DNA of 63,319 bases, filler included, from 5 parts of 5 records of this genome joined end to end with filler, not necessarily neighbours in it; one strand, 5' to 3'; shown: positions 48,458-59,279, counted from the first letter of the whole stretch. Numbers and translations: made by a program. Notes: a model not told the origin generated them from the sequence alone.

Positions 48458-48597
48458 CCGCTCTTATCCACGCCCCCCAAGCTTGCCCTCAGCGTGCAAA
48501 ACCGTTACGAAACGTGCGCACATATGGCATGATGTGCAGGTGTTGCCCGGAAATATCTCGGGCGATCCCTCGGTTCATTTCATTTGGATTTCAGCGG

Positions 48598-49779
48598 ATG
48601 ACGAAATCGACAGAAAAAGCGCTTCTGCCTGCCGGGCTGACGGACGGGCTGCCGCCCGACGCAGCGTTCGAGGCAGATGTTCGTGAGCGCCTGGTCGCGT
48701 CTTTCGTCGGACGTGGCTTTGACCGCGTCTCACCGCCTCTGGTCGAATTTGAAGACAATCTCCTGGCCGGCACCGGCGCCGCCATGGCCGGGCAGACCTT
48801 CCGGCTCATGGACCCGGTCTCGCAACGGATGATGGGGCTGCGCGCCGACATCACCCCGCAGGCCGCACGTATTGCCACGACACGGCTTTCCCATGAACCC
48901 CGTCCATTGCGGCTGTGTTATGGCGGTGAGGTTCTCCGCATTCGCGGCACCCAGTTGCGGCCCGAGCGCCAGTTCAGTCAGGCCGGTGCAGAACTGATCG
49001 GCACCGCCGATCCCCGTGCCGACGCCGAAATGGTACTTATGGCTGCGGAAACCTTGTCCATGCTTGGCATAGACGACATCAAGGTCGACCTCTGTCAGCC
49101 GACACTGGTGCCCCTGGTGATGGCCGAACTTGGCATCAGCGGGGATGCCGCCCGTGATCTCCGCGCCGCCCTCGACGCCAAGGATGCGGCTGAAGTCAAA
49201 GCCCTCTCCTCCGCGCTGGGCAAGGAAGCACAGGCGCTCTTCGTCAAGCTGCTGGCCGCATCCGGTCCATCGGAAAAGGTCGCCCCGAAGATCGCTGATC
49301 TGCCGTTAAGCGGCGATGCCGCCGACGCCCGCGCCACGTTGCTTGAGACGGTCAGCCTGGTCGAGCGCGCCGACCCGAAACTTGATCTCACCATTGATGC
49401 CGTAGAAAACCGCGGCTTCGAATATCACACCGGCGTAACCTTCACCCTGTTTGCGCCCGGCGTGCGGGGTGAACTGGGCAGTGGCGGCCGCTATATGGCC
49501 GGGCTGAATGATACGGATGCGCATGCCGACGGCGAGCCCGCGACCGGATTCACGCTGTTTCTGGACAGCATCCTGCGTGCCATCAAGCTTCCGGCGGCAA
49601 CGCATAAAGTCTATCTGCCCGAAGGCACACCGCGTGCAACAGGCGCCGCATTGCGCGTCAGTGGTATGCGCACCCTTGAAGGTTATAAGAATGGCAGCGA
49701 TGACGCCGCCGAAGCAAAACGCATGAAATGCACTCACATTCTGCGGGACGGCAAAGCCGTACCGCTCAGCGATCTTTGA
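48598..49779 (+). CDS. hisZ: ATP phosphoribosyltransferase regulatory subunit
   Basis: [32 protein letters not shown]; upstream of purA. Confidence 0.92.
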   Translation: MTKSTEKALLPAGLTDGLPPDAAFEADVRERLVASFVGRGFDRVSPPLVEFEDNLLAGTGAAMAGQTFRLMDPVSQRMMGLRADITPQAARIATTRLSHEPRPLRLCYGGEVLRIRGTQLRPERQFSQAGAELIGTADPRADAEMVLMAAETLSMLGIDDIKVDLCQPTLVPLVMAELGISGDAARDLRAALDAKDAAEVKALSSALGKEAQALFVKLLAASGPSEKVAPKIADLPLSGDAADARATLLETVSLVERADPKLDLTIDAVENRGFEYHTGVTFTLFAPGVRGELGSGGRYMAGLNDTDAHADGEPATGFTLFLDSILRAIKLPAATHKVYLPEGTPRATGAALRVSGMRTLEGYKNGSDDAAEAKRMKCTHILRDGKAVPLSDL

Positions 49780-49798
49780 TCCGAAGGAGACAATTCGC

Positions 49799-51091
49799 AT
49801 GGCCAACGTAGTCGTGATCGGCTCGCAATGGGGCGACGAAGGTAAAGGTAAGATCGTCGACTGGCTCTCGGAACGCGCCAATGTCGTGGTGCGCTTTCAG
49901 GGTGGCCATAATGCCGGTCATACGCTGGTTATCGATGGGGTCACCTACAAGCTGAGCCTGCTGCCGTCGGGAATCGTCCGCAAGGGGAAGCTGTCGATCA
50001 TCGGCAACGGTGTGGTCGTCGATCCCTGGGCGCTGATGACGGAAATCGCCAACATCAAGGAACTGGGTGTCGAGGTGACGCCGGAAAACCTGCGGATTGC
50101 GGAAAACTGCCCGCTGATCCTGCCGCTTCACAAAAACCTGGATCAGGCCCGCGAGCAGGCCGCAGGGAAAGCCAAGATCGGCACCACCGGGCGCGGCATC
50201 GGCCCGGCCTATGAAGACAAGACCGCACGCCGTGCCATTCGTGTCGGCGATCTGGCCGATACCGACGTGCTGGCGGACAAGGTCGACGCCCTGCTGTTCC
50301 ACCACAATGCGCTGTTGCGGGGTATGGGCATGCCCGAAGTCGACGGCGATCAGCTGCTCGGCGAACTCAATGAAATGGCGCCGCTGTTGCTGCCGTTCGC
50401 GACCACCGTATGGCAGGATCTCGATGAAATGCGGCGCAAGGGCCATCGCATTCTGTTCGAAGGCGCCCAGGGCACGATGCTCGATATCGATCACGGCACA
50501 TACCCGTTCGTCACATCATCCAACACCGTCGCCGGTCAGGCGGCCATCGGCTCCGGCCAGGGCCCCGGTGCTATCAACTATGTTCTCGGCATCACCAAGG
50601 CCTACACGACCCGTGTCGGCTCAGGTCCGTTCCCAACCGAGCTGACGGACGAAGTCGGCCAGCGCCTGGGTGAGCGGGGCCGTGAATTCGGTGTCGTAAC
50701 AGGCCGTAAGCGCCGCTGCGGATGGTTCGATGCCGTGCTGGTGCGCCAGGCCGTCAAGGTCAACGGCATAACCGGGATCGCCTTGACCAAGCTCGACGTG
50801 CTCGATGGCCTCAAGGAACTGAAAGTCTGCATCGGGTATGACGTCAATGGTGAGCGCCTTGATCACCTGCCCGCCTCCACCGTGCGTCAGGAACGCGTCA
50901 AACCGATCTACGAAACCCTCGAAGGCTGGGACGAAAGCACGCAGGGCGCCCGTTCATGGGCCGATCTGCCGGCGACCGCGATCAAATACATCCGCCGCAT
51001 CGAAGAACTGATTGATGCCCCGGTTGCGTTGCTGTCGACCAGCCCCGAGCGTGACGACACCATCCTCGTCCACGATCCGTTCGAGGACTAG
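49799..51091 (+). CDS. purA: Adenylosuccinate synthetase
   Basis: [35 protein letters not shown]. Confidence 0.98.
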   Translation: MANVVVIGSQWGDEGKGKIVDWLSERANVVVRFQGGHNAGHTLVIDGVTYKLSLLPSGIVRKGKLSIIGNGVVVDPWALMTEIANIKELGVEVTPENLRIAENCPLILPLHKNLDQAREQAAGKAKIGTTGRGIGPAYEDKTARRAIRVGDLADTDVLADKVDALLFHHNALLRGMGMPEVDGDQLLGELNEMAPLLLPFATTVWQDLDEMRRKGHRILFEGAQGTMLDIDHGTYPFVTSSNTVAGQAAIGSGQGPGAINYVLGITKAYTTRVGSGPFPTELTDEVGQRLGERGREFGVVTGRKRRCGWFDAVLVRQAVKVNGITGIALTKLDVLDGLKELKVCIGYDVNGERLDHLPASTVRQERVKPIYETLEGWDESTQGARSWADLPATAIKYIRRIEELIDAPVALLSTSPERDDTILVHDPFED

Positions 51092-51098
51092 GCGAAGA

Positions 51099-52184
51099 TC
51101 AGACTGCGAATTCAGCGACTTTCTTGGCATCCCATTCGATGCCGAGGCCGGGACCACGCGGAGTGACCGCGCCGTCAACGGCGTCGTAAGGCTGTTTCAG
51201 GATCGGCCGGGCCTTATCCAGATACTCAAGCCAGTGTGCGCCCGGCGTTGCCGCCAGAGCATGTGCACTGACCTCGACAAACGCATGGCTTGAAACGGGC
51301 AGGTTATGGGCTGCGGCCATTTTGGCCACCGTCATCCAGCCGGTAAAACCACCGATTTTCATCATGTCCGGCATGATGTAATCGCTGGCACCGGCTTCTA
51401 TCGCGTTTTTGGCTCCGGCGGGATGCCACCAGTTTTCACCGGTCTGCACCTTGATCGGGCATTCGGCCCTGACCGCTGCGTGGCCAGACAGGTCTTCAGC
51501 CGGCACGGGCTCTTCGATCCAGTAGATATCGTATTCTGCCAACCGGTTGGCGTAGGTGAGCGCCGTTTCTGTGTCCAGCGACTGGTTATAATCGATCATC
51601 AGATGCACATCGGGTCCGATCACACCGCGCACAGCGGCGACACTCGCCAGATCATCATCGAATGCCCCTACACCAAGCTTGAGCTTGATCGCCTTGAATC
51701 CCGCCTTGATGCTGTCCTCGATCATCGGCAAATCTTCTTCAGGATCGATAAACCCGAAACTGTCGTAAGCCTGGACAGGCTTTTCCTCTCCCCCCAGCAG
51801 AACGCATACGGACTTACCGGCCATCTTGCCAAGGGCATCCCAGATCGCCTGTTCAATACCGGCGAAATACATCCCCAGCAGCCCCTGAATGCCAAGCAGC
51901 CGGAACGTCGACTGAAAGCGCTGCATCTGCCATTCCGGGTCCAGCGGCGTTCCCGTAAACATGTCACCCACGCTCGCGTGCAGGTGGGCCATCGCCGCCA
52001 GCACCTTCGGTGTATATGTGAAAATATAGGATGTCCCGGTAACACCGCTGTCCGTCTCGACATCGATCAGGCAAAGCGCTGCCCCCGGCAAGGTTCCGGA
52101 CGCGGTCCGCATGGGCCGCCCCAGAGGTACCTGAAGGGGCGTCAGTCGGACGGCTTTTATGGTTCCATTCGGTTTTACCTGCAT
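51099..52184 (-). CDS. Mandelate racemase / enolase superfamily enzyme
   Basis: KLK, DYNQ, EEP, GEN, MPD.MKIGG, SSH, LEY. Confidence 0.92.
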   Translation of the reverse strand: MQVKPNGTIKAVRLTPLQVPLGRPMRTASGTLPGAALCLIDVETDSGVTGTSYIFTYTPKVLAAMAHLHASVGDMFTGTPLDPEWQMQRFQSTFRLLGIQGLLGMYFAGIEQAIWDALGKMAGKSVCVLLGGEEKPVQAYDSFGFIDPEEDLPMIEDSIKAGFKAIKLKLGVGAFDDDLASVAAVRGVIGPDVHLMIDYNQSLDTETALTYANRLAEYDIYWIEEPVPAEDLSGHAAVRAECPIKVQTGENWWHPAGAKNAIEAGASDYIMPDMMKIGGFTGWMTVAKMAAAHNLPVSSHAFVEVSAHALAATPGAHWLEYLDKARPILKQPYDAVDGAVTPRGPGLGIEWDAKKVAEFAV

Positions 52185-52389
52185 GATTTTACCCTCAGAA
52201 TTTTTGCAGCACATCCGTTGCAAGCCGCCTTCTCATGTTAACCATAAACCCCGGGGAATGAAGGAAAAGCTTGCGATTTTTAATGATTAGCGATTCAATG
52301 TGGCGATAGGCCGAAGAGAATCTAGTTTGGCCAAGGTGTCGTGTGTGCAAATGTGCAGACCGGCGTAATGTTCTTTAAGGACGCGTGCG

Positions 52390-54435
52390 ATGGCAGAAGA
52401 GCCTTTTGACGCGGACGAGATCGACGAACCCGCCCCGATAAAGGGAGGTTCAGTAGTTCTTCGTGAGCGCTTTCTGATCAACGGTGACAAACCGTTGCCC
52501 GGTCTCAATTCGCCAAATGCCAAGGCATACATGGCGGAAGACCGGCATGATCTGTCGCGCAATCTTTTTGCCCTTGTCTGCACGCCAGGTATCCCGCTCC
52601 GCACGCGCGAAATCAAGAAACTGCAGGCTACACCGGGTCCAGGCGTTCTCGAACTCGTCGAGTGGGAAACTGTGTTCTGGCCCACCATCGGCCAACGCAC
52701 CATGATCATTGTCTATGAACGACCCATGGGCGGTCGTGTCATAGATCAGATCAAAAGTGGCCAGGCGCGCATTACCGAATACGATATCCCTCGCAAGATC
52801 ATCCAGCCGATCGTCGACGGGCTTCGTCATGTGCGAACGCTGAATACCGCGCACCGCGCCTTGCGGCCGGATAACATTTTCTTTCTCGATGAAGATCTTC
52901 AGGAAATCGTGATCGGTGATTTCGTCACCGCCCCTGAAGGTTTTGATCAACCTCTCATGTACGAACCCCTCGAACGCGCGTTGGCCAGCAGTCCGGCCGG
53001 CCGCGGCACCGGTTCCGCCACCGATGATATGTACGCACTCGGCGCATCGCTGGTTGTCCTGACACTTGGCACCAATCCGATTGAGCGTATGAAGGGCGAG
53101 GATTTGCTGTTCCGCCGTACCAATCTCGGCAGTTATGCAGCCATCTGCGGCAACGCCCGGATACCACTATCGTTGCTTGAACCCCTGCGCGGCCTGCTGT
53201 CTGACAACCCATCCGAACGCTGGGGACTGGACGAAATAACGAAATGGCTGAATGGCCTGAAGCAGACACCGCAGCAGAAAAAACCTGCCCGCAAGGGCGA
53301 TACGCCGCTGCGTTTCGGCGGCCGCGAGCATACCAATGTCCGAACGCTTGCGCATGCTTTCAACCGCCAGATACCGGAGGCCGTTCGGGCCCTGAAGGAC
53401 GAGACCTTTCATGCCTGGCTGAAACGCTCGGCGGGCGAAGGTGATCTGTCGGAATCCCTCAAGGGTTTTGTCGATACGGCGAATTTTCACAAAGACGATT
53501 ATCAGGGGACGGATGAATATCTGATTGCACGCTGCTGTGCGATCATGGATCCGCATGGCCCGATCCGCTACAAAGGCATTTCTGTCTATCTCGATGGATT
53601 TGGCCCGATGCTGGCGATGGAGATTATTCGCAACGGCAACGTCCAGGCGCTGACCGAGATCATCAACAGGGAAATCTACCAGTTCTGGGTCAGCGACCGG
53701 GCGACGTTCCTGGACACGCTCGAAACCGCCCAGCAATTCGCACAGTTGAAAGCCTGGCTCGCCAGCAAGGAAGCCGGGCAAGGTCTGGAGCGCTGCCTTT
53801 ATGAACTGAATCCCGGCCTCGCCTGCCACAGCCCGCACATTCTTGAAGAAGGCATCATCTTCATCGAAGACCTGTTGCCGGCCCTGAATCGCGCTGCCGG
53901 ACATGCGGAGGGCCATTCCAAGCCCATCGACCGGCACATCGCCGCATTCATAGCCGCCCGCTTCAATGAAGATATTCATCCGCACCTTCGCGCCCTATCC
54001 GCCACCAAGGAGAGCACGTCCGTCATCGGTATGCTGAGCCTGCTCGCGTTCCTGCAATGGAAGCTCAAGGTTGAACCGCTGTATGGCCTGACAAGCTGGA
54101 TCGGCGGGCTTCTCGGCCCTGCGATCAATGCCTATCACAGCCGGACAACCCGCCGCGATCTGGAAAAGGAAATCCCGAAGCTGGTCCGGCGTGGCAGCCT
54201 CCCGGATATGTTCGACCTCATCGACAATGCGGAAAAGCGTCAGGAGGACCAGGACGGGTACGCAGATGCGGTAGACGAATATACCGTCTGCGCCAACGAA
54301 ATCCGCGAGATTGAAGGCAACGGTAACGAAATGACCGAAAAAGCCGAGAAAACCGGACAGAAAGTGGCTGCCACGTTATCGATCATCACGACCATGATCG
54401 CCGTAACGATCATATTCTTTGCGGAAATACTGTAG
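52390..54435 (+). CDS. Ser/Thr protein-kinase-fold protein with degenerate catalytic motifs and C-terminal TM anchor (probable pseudokinase)
   Basis: HRALRPDNIF, IGDFV, DDMYALG, LL...P.ER; terminal hydrophobic helix. Confidence 0.8.
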   Translation: MAEEPFDADEIDEPAPIKGGSVVLRERFLINGDKPLPGLNSPNAKAYMAEDRHDLSRNLFALVCTPGIPLRTREIKKLQATPGPGVLELVEWETVFWPTIGQRTMIIVYERPMGGRVIDQIKSGQARITEYDIPRKIIQPIVDGLRHVRTLNTAHRALRPDNIFFLDEDLQEIVIGDFVTAPEGFDQPLMYEPLERALASSPAGRGTGSATDDMYALGASLVVLTLGTNPIERMKGEDLLFRRTNLGSYAAICGNARIPLSLLEPLRGLLSDNPSERWGLDEITKWLNGLKQTPQQKKPARKGDTPLRFGGREHTNVRTLAHAFNRQIPEAVRALKDETFHAWLKRSAGEGDLSESLKGFVDTANFHKDDYQGTDEYLIARCCAIMDPHGPIRYKGISVYLDGFGPMLAMEIIRNGNVQALTEIINREIYQFWVSDRATFLDTLETAQQFAQLKAWLASKEAGQGLERCLYELNPGLACHSPHILEEGIIFIEDLLPALNRAAGHAEGHSKPIDRHIAAFIAARFNEDIHPHLRALSATKESTSVIGMLSLLAFLQWKLKVEPLYGLTSWIGGLLGPAINAYHSRTTRRDLEKEIPKLVRRGSLPDMFDLIDNAEKRQEDQDGYADAVDEYTVCANEIREIEGNGNEMTEKAEKTGQKVAATLSIITTMIAVTIIFFAEIL

Positions 54436-54449
54436 GAAGGCCGGGGAAT

Positions 54450-54935
54450 ATGCGCACGCTCATCTGGGCCCTTCTGATCCTTGTCCTGCTTCTGATCGTC
54501 GCATTGCCGACGGTATTGCTGCTCGGGTTCGGTATGTTGCCGGCAATTGTGGCGCTGATTATTGACCGCACCGAAGAGCGCTCGGCGACATTCTGTGTCG
54601 GCGGACTGAATTTCTGCGGTGTCTTTCCTTACCTGATGGAACTCTGGTTCGAAGATCACGACCTCGGTCAGGCCATGCATATTCTGACGGACGTCTTTGC
54701 GCTTGCCGTAATGTACGGCGGGGCTTGCATGGGTTGGATGCTGTATCTTTCGCTGCCGCCGGTAATCGCGTCGTTCATTCAGGTCATGTCAGAACGACGC
54801 CTTCAGCAACTGCGCAAGACACAAAAGCAGATCCTCGATGAATGGGGGGACGAAGTCATTCACGACGCCGATCTGAGTGACGATGGCATTGCGCCACCTG
54901 AACAGCCCGGGCAAAAGGTCCCGGCTGCCGCCTGA
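54450..54935 (+). CDS. Hypothetical membrane protein, probably co-transcribed with the kinase-like gene
   Basis: Several hydrophobic helices; starts 14 nt after the upstream stop. Confidence 0.82.
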   Translation: MRTLIWALLILVLLLIVALPTVLLLGFGMLPAIVALIIDRTEERSATFCVGGLNFCGVFPYLMELWFEDHDLGQAMHILTDVFALAVMYGGACMGWMLYLSLPPVIASFIQVMSERRLQQLRKTQKQILDEWGDEVIHDADLSDDGIAPPEQPGQKVPAAA

Positions 54936-54941
54936 GCAGGG

Positions 54942-56177
54942 TTACGCCAGCGGGATCGTCAGAAACGCTGTCGTACCTTGGCCTTCCTCGCTCTCCAGTC
55001 TGAATACAGTCTGCATCCGCTTCGCCAGCGAAGCGACGATCGGCAGACCAAGACCGGTACCCTGCTCCTTGCGGGTCAGTTCGTTTTCCACCTGGATGAA
55101 GGGCTCTACGATCTTGTCCAGCATGTCCGCGGGAATGCCGATCCCCTGATCGGCGATGGCGAGTGTAAGATGCTTTCCTGACACCTTGGCCTGTATACGG
55201 ATCACCGACCCCTCACCAGAAAATTTAACGGCATTGCTCAGAAGGTTGATCAAAATCTGCCGTGTCGCACGAATATCGGCGCGGACTGCCGGCATTTCAT
55301 CAGGCAGATCTTTGACGATACTGATCCCTTTACGGGTGGCGCGCCCGTCAACGAGTTTGACGGTGTGCTCGATGATTGTTTCCAGCCGTAGAGTTTCCAG
55401 TTTCACACTGAAATACCCGGACTCGATCTTCGACATGTCGAGAATATCGTTGATGATGTCCAGCAGAAGCCTTCCGCTTGCATTGATATCCTGCGCGTAT
55501 TCCTTGTAGCGATCGGATATGTGCGGTCCGAAGGCTTCGCTCGTCATCATTTCAGAGAACCCGATGATCGCATTCAGCGGGGTACGCAGTTCATGGCTCA
55601 TGTTTGCAAGAAAGCGTGACTTGGCGGCATTGGCATGCTCCGCCGCATGTTTCGCCTCGGCAAGTTCACGAGCGCGGGTTTCCGTCTGCGCCATTCCAAG
55701 CCGGAGAATTCCAAGCGATGTCCCGATGCCGAGATAGCGATCGCCGCTGATGATGACAAAACCGTCTTCAAGCGCCGTTGGCGCTTCATGAATGACACGA
55801 TGGCGCAGCGTGTCGAGCGTCGTCCGCGCATCCACCACCAGCGGGTTCTGGGTCATCAACCGCGAGACGGGTCGCCGGGCGAATACCGCATGACCGAACT
55901 GACGGGAAAAATTCAAAAAGACTTTCTGGCGTGTCAGAATACCGACGACCCTATTGTGGTCCAGCACCGGCATCGCGCTCAAACCGGGGTCCCGGTTGAA
56001 CAGTTCTATCGCCGCAGCACCGGGCATATCCGGCGGGACAGGTTCCACATAGTGGGCAATGTCATGCAGATTGAAATGCCTGTTCTGGAGAGTTGCGGTA
56101 TCAGCCGACATCTCCGTTGGCGCGGATTTACAGGGATCATCCTGTTTTCCTGCGTCTTTATTATGTACGAGTGTCAT
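54942..56177 (-). CDS. Soluble CBS-domain sensor histidine kinase
   Basis: CBS pair, FLANMSHELRTPLNAIIGF, NLLSNAVKF, DQGIGI, GTGLGL; start uncertain. Confidence 0.9.
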   Translation of the reverse strand: MTLVHNKDAGKQDDPCKSAPTEMSADTATLQNRHFNLHDIAHYVEPVPPDMPGAAAIELFNRDPGLSAMPVLDHNRVVGILTRQKVFLNFSRQFGHAVFARRPVSRLMTQNPLVVDARTTLDTLRHRVIHEAPTALEDGFVIISGDRYLGIGTSLGILRLGMAQTETRARELAEAKHAAEHANAAKSRFLANMSHELRTPLNAIIGFSEMMTSEAFGPHISDRYKEYAQDINASGRLLLDIINDILDMSKIESGYFSVKLETLRLETIIEHTVKLVDGRATRKGISIVKDLPDEMPAVRADIRATRQILINLLSNAVKFSGEGSVIRIQAKVSGKHLTLAIADQGIGIPADMLDKIVEPFIQVENELTRKEQGTGLGLPIVASLAKRMQTVFRLESEEGQGTTAFLTIPLA

Positions 56178-56295
56178 GAAAAGGCATCTACTTTCAATAC
56201 GGTATGCACACGTTGACGGCGGCACCGTAAATCGTATCGCCTAGCCATGTCGCTTTTGTGACAGTGTCGTTTTGATTGCAGGACGTAACAGCCCG

Positions 56296-56380
56296 GAAAG
56301 ACATTGGGCCGCCGGAAGGGGGGTGTCCGGCGGCCCAAGTCAAAGAAGATCACGACAACCCTCAGGGGAGAAGACGTTAC
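56296..56380 (-). ncRNA. Candidate small RNA (suhB/MmgR-like architecture) ending in a strong hairpin
   Basis: Minus strand: CTCCCCTGAGGGTT...TTGACTTGGGCCGCCGGA-loop-TCCGGCGGCCCAA (13-bp perfect stem 56304-56338). Confidence 0.35.
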
Positions 56381-56525
56381 AGGCCAGTTGCCGTTGATCT
56401 GTGTTTATTACGCGCCTGCTGAGGCACTGGATCACCGATCACGAATTATTTTTACCCGGCACGGGAAAACCCTCCGAAACCTCGGGATTTCTGGGACTTA
56501 TCCCGTGACCCGGGAAATCATGCCC

Positions 56526-56554
56526 TTGACCCCGGCGCGGATAAGCCGCACCAT
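56526..56554 (+). promoter_or_regulatory. Sigma70-like promoter with GC-rich discriminator at the contig end
   Basis: TTGACC-N17-CACCAT followed by CCGCGGG. Confidence 0.45.
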
Positions 56555-56597
56555 CCGCGGGTAATTTGTTCCGCGGGGGGCCCTGGTAAAGGGGCTG

Positions 56598-56697
56598 NNN
56601 NNNNNNNNNNNNNNNNNNNNNNNNNNNNNNNNNNNNNNNNNTTAATTAATTAANNNNNNNNNNNNNNNNNNNNNNNNNNNNNNNNNNNNNNNNNNNN
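56598..56697. other. Artificial contig spacer
   Basis: 44 N + TTAATTAATTAA + 44 N. Confidence 0.99.
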
Positions 56698-56698
56698 C

Positions 56699-57268
56699 CT
56701 GGGTATGCAGGTATTCGGTGGTCACGGCTTCATCACCGAGTGGGGCATGGAGCAGAACGTTCGTGATTCCCGCATCGGCATGATCTACGAGGGTACCACC
56801 GGTATCCAGGCGCTGGATCTGCTGGGCCGTAAGGTTCTGATGACCCAGGGTGAAGCTCTGAAAGTGTTCACCAAGCAGGTTCACGTCTTCTGCAAAGAGA
56901 ACGCAGACAACGAGCAGCTGAAAGAATTTATCGAGCCGCTGGCTGCGATCAACAAGGAGTGGGGCGATCTGACCATGAAGGTTGGTATGACCGCCATGAA
57001 GAACCGCGAGGAAGTCGGTGCTGCTGCTGTGGACTACCTGATGTACTCCGGTTATGCGGTCTTCGCTTACCTGTGGGCCCGCATGGCCAAGGTAGCACTG
57101 GACAAGATGGCCGAAGGCACCTCTGAGGAGATGTTCTACAACGCCAAGGTTCAGTCTGCACGCTTCTACTTCAAGCGTCTGCTGCCGCGCACCCGGACCC
57201 ACGCAGAAACCATGCTGGCCGGTGCAGACAGCCTGCTGGATATGCCGGAAGAAGCCTTCGCTATCTAA
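56699..57268 (+). CDS. Acyl-CoA dehydrogenase, 5' partial
   Basis: QVFGGHGFI.EWG.EQ.VRD.RI..IYEGT.GIQALDL. Confidence 0.93.
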   Translation: MGMQVFGGHGFITEWGMEQNVRDSRIGMIYEGTTGIQALDLLGRKVLMTQGEALKVFTKQVHVFCKENADNEQLKEFIEPLAAINKEWGDLTMKVGMTAMKNREEVGAAAVDYLMYSGYAVFAYLWARMAKVALDKMAEGTSEEMFYNAKVQSARFYFKRLLPRTRTHAETMLAGADSLLDMPEEAFAI

Positions 57269-57300
57269 GGCGGGGTTGCTATCTGGTTGATGGCACTGAG

Positions 57301-57334
57301 AAAGCCCGTTCTCCCGCAGGAGGCGGGCTTTTTT
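57301..57334 (+). terminator. Rho-independent terminator
   Basis: AAAGCCCG..CTCC-loop-GGAGGCGGGC-TTTTTT. Confidence 0.85.
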
Positions 57335-57488
57335 CATGAGTTGCCGGCGTGTTTTGAGGTAGAATAGCGCGCCATAGAACAACAACCTTGTTTCGGACAC
57401 ATAGCCGAGCGGGTGGGCTCCGACCTCCAACAGAAGAGGCATCAACACCGCCCCCCAAGTGACTGACTGAATTTCTGGAGAGTTTTAC

Positions 57489-59279
57489 ATGGCTGATTAT
57501 CAGGCACCCCTTCGTGACATGCGTTTCGTTCTGAACGAAGTGTTTGACGCACCCTCCCTGTGGGCGTCACTGCCAAAGATTGCAGAAAACGTAGACCCCG
57601 ACACCGCTGACGCCATCCTTGAAGAAGCGGGCAAGATCACCAGTGGCGTACTGGCGCCCCTGAACCGTGAAGCCGACGAACAGGGCTGTAAGTGGAACGA
57701 AGGCGAAGTTTCCACGCCGGAAGGGTTCAAAGAAGCCTACCAGACCATCGTGGAAGGTGGATGGAATGGTCTGGGTGGTAACCCGGACTTCGGTGGTATG
57801 GGTATGCCCAAGACGCTGGTGGCCCAGTTTGAAGAAATGATGCAGGGCGCCAACATGGCCTTTGGTCTGGCTCCGATGCTGACCGCCGGCGCCTGCCTGG
57901 CCCTGGACGCCCACGGCAGCCAGGAGCTGAAAGAAAAGTACCTGCCGAACATGTACTCCGGCGTCTGGTCTGGTGCAATGGACCTGACTGAGCCTCACGC
58001 CGGAACCGATCTGGGTATTATCCGGACCAAAGCTGAACCGAACGACGACGGCTCCTTCAACATCACCGGCACCAAGATTTTCATCACTTGGGGCGAGCAT
58101 GACATGGCGGAGAATATTATCCACCTGGTGCTGGCCAAACTGCCGGACGCGCCGAAAGGCCCGAAGGGGATTTCCCTGTTCCTGGTGCCCAAGTTCATGG
58201 TGAACGACGACGGTTCCCTGGGCGAGCGTAACCAGTTCAGCTGTGGTTCCATCGAGAAGAAGATGGGTATCAAAGGCTCCGCCACCTGCGTGATGAACTT
58301 TGATGGTGCCAAAGGCTGGCTGGTTGGTGAAGAAAACAAAGGCCTGGCCGCCATGTTCACCATGATGAACTACGAGCGCCTGGGTGTGGGCATCCAGGGC
58401 ATTGGTGCCGCCGAAGCGTCCCTGCAGAGCGCCCGCGAATACGCCAACGAGCGTATCCAGAGCCGCGCGCCGACCGGTGCCCAGCAGCCTGAAAAGGCCG
58501 CTGACCCGATTCTGGTGCACCCGGACGTGCGCCGCATGCTGATGACCATGAAGAGCTACGTAGAGGGTGGTCGTGCCTTCTCTACCTACGTTGCCCAGTG
58601 GCTGGATATCTCCAAGTACTCCGACAACGACGAACAGCGCAAGCATGCCGAAGGCATGGTTGCCCTGCTGACGCCGGTCGCCAAGGCCTTCCTGACCGAT
58701 CGTGGTCTGGACACCACCATCATCGGCCAGCAGGTCTTTGGTGGCCACGGTTTCATCCGCGAGTGGGGCCAGGAGCAGCTGGTACGTGACTGCCGCATCA
58801 CCCAGATCTATGAAGGTACCAATGGCATCCAGGCCATGGACCTGATGGGTCGTAAAGTGGTGGGCAGCCAGGGCAAACTGTACGAACTGTTCGCTCAGGA
58901 CGTTGCTGCCTTCATCGAAGCCAACAGCAGCGACGAAGCCCTGCGCCCCTATCTTGAGCCGCTGGCGGCCTCCCTGGAGCGCCTGTCAGACGTCACCGAA
59001 CACGTGGTGAACCAGGCGGCTAACAATCCGGAAGCCATTGGTGCCGCTGCTGTCGATTATCTCGACATGTTCGGCTACACCGCTCTGGCGTATATGTGGG
59101 CCAAAGTGGTCAAAGCTGCTGCTCCGAAAGCCGAGAGCGATACCTCTGGCTTCTATACCGGCAAGGTCAAGACTGCTCGCTTCTACTTCGACCGCCTGTT
59201 GCCAAAGACCGTGTCTCTGGCCGAAGGCATTCGCAGTGGCAGCGACGCCATGATGGCGCCGGCTGCTAACGAAATCTGA
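57489..59279 (+). CDS. Acyl-CoA dehydrogenase (long, about 600-aa type)
   Basis: M.LTEPHAGTDLG, GTKIFIT, KMGIKGSATC, IYEGTNGIQ. Confidence 0.96.
   Translation: MADYQAPLRDMRFVLNEVFDAPSLWASLPKIAENVDPDTADAILEEAGKITSGVLAPLNREADEQGCKWNEGEVSTPEGFKEAYQTIVEGGWNGLGGNPDFGGMGMPKTLVAQFEEMMQGANMAFGLAPMLTAGACLALDAHGSQELKEKYLPNMYSGVWSGAMDLTEPHAGTDLGIIRTKAEPNDDGSFNITGTKIFITWGEHDMAENIIHLVLAKLPDAPKGPKGISLFLVPKFMVNDDGSLGERNQFSCGSIEKKMGIKGSATCVMNFDGAKGWLVGEENKGLAAMFTMMNYERLGVGIQGIGAAEASLQSAREYANERIQSRAPTGAQQPEKAADPILVHPDVRRMLMTMKSYVEGGRAFSTYVAQWLDISKYSDNDEQRKHAEGMVALLTPVAKAFLTDRGLDTTIIGQQVFGGHGFIREWGQEQLVRDCRITQIYEGTNGIQAMDLMGRKVVGSQGKLYELFAQDVAAFIEANSSDEALRPYLEPLAASLERLSDVTEHVVNQAANNPEAIGAAAVDYLDMFGYTALAYMWAKVVKAAAPKAESDTSGFYTGKVKTARFYFDRLLPKTVSLAEGIRSGSDAMMAPAANEI

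Noticed and set aside
56591-56597. GGGGCTG at the contig end as the 5' end of tRNA-Ala after a stable-RNA-like promoter
   Set aside because: Only 7 nt are available. Plausible but not supportable as a feature.
15812-56697. Four identical TTAATTAATTAA motifs within N runs, and any cross-contig gene associations
   Set aside because: These are artificial six-frame-stop spacers. Composition and gene content show the contigs come from different organisms, so ORFs running into X residues and neighbourhoods across spacers are artefacts.
57567-58748. 393-aa antisense ORF (and similar ones at 32228-33409 and 51306-52241)
   Set aside because: Antisense shadows of well-supported genes with strong codon bias
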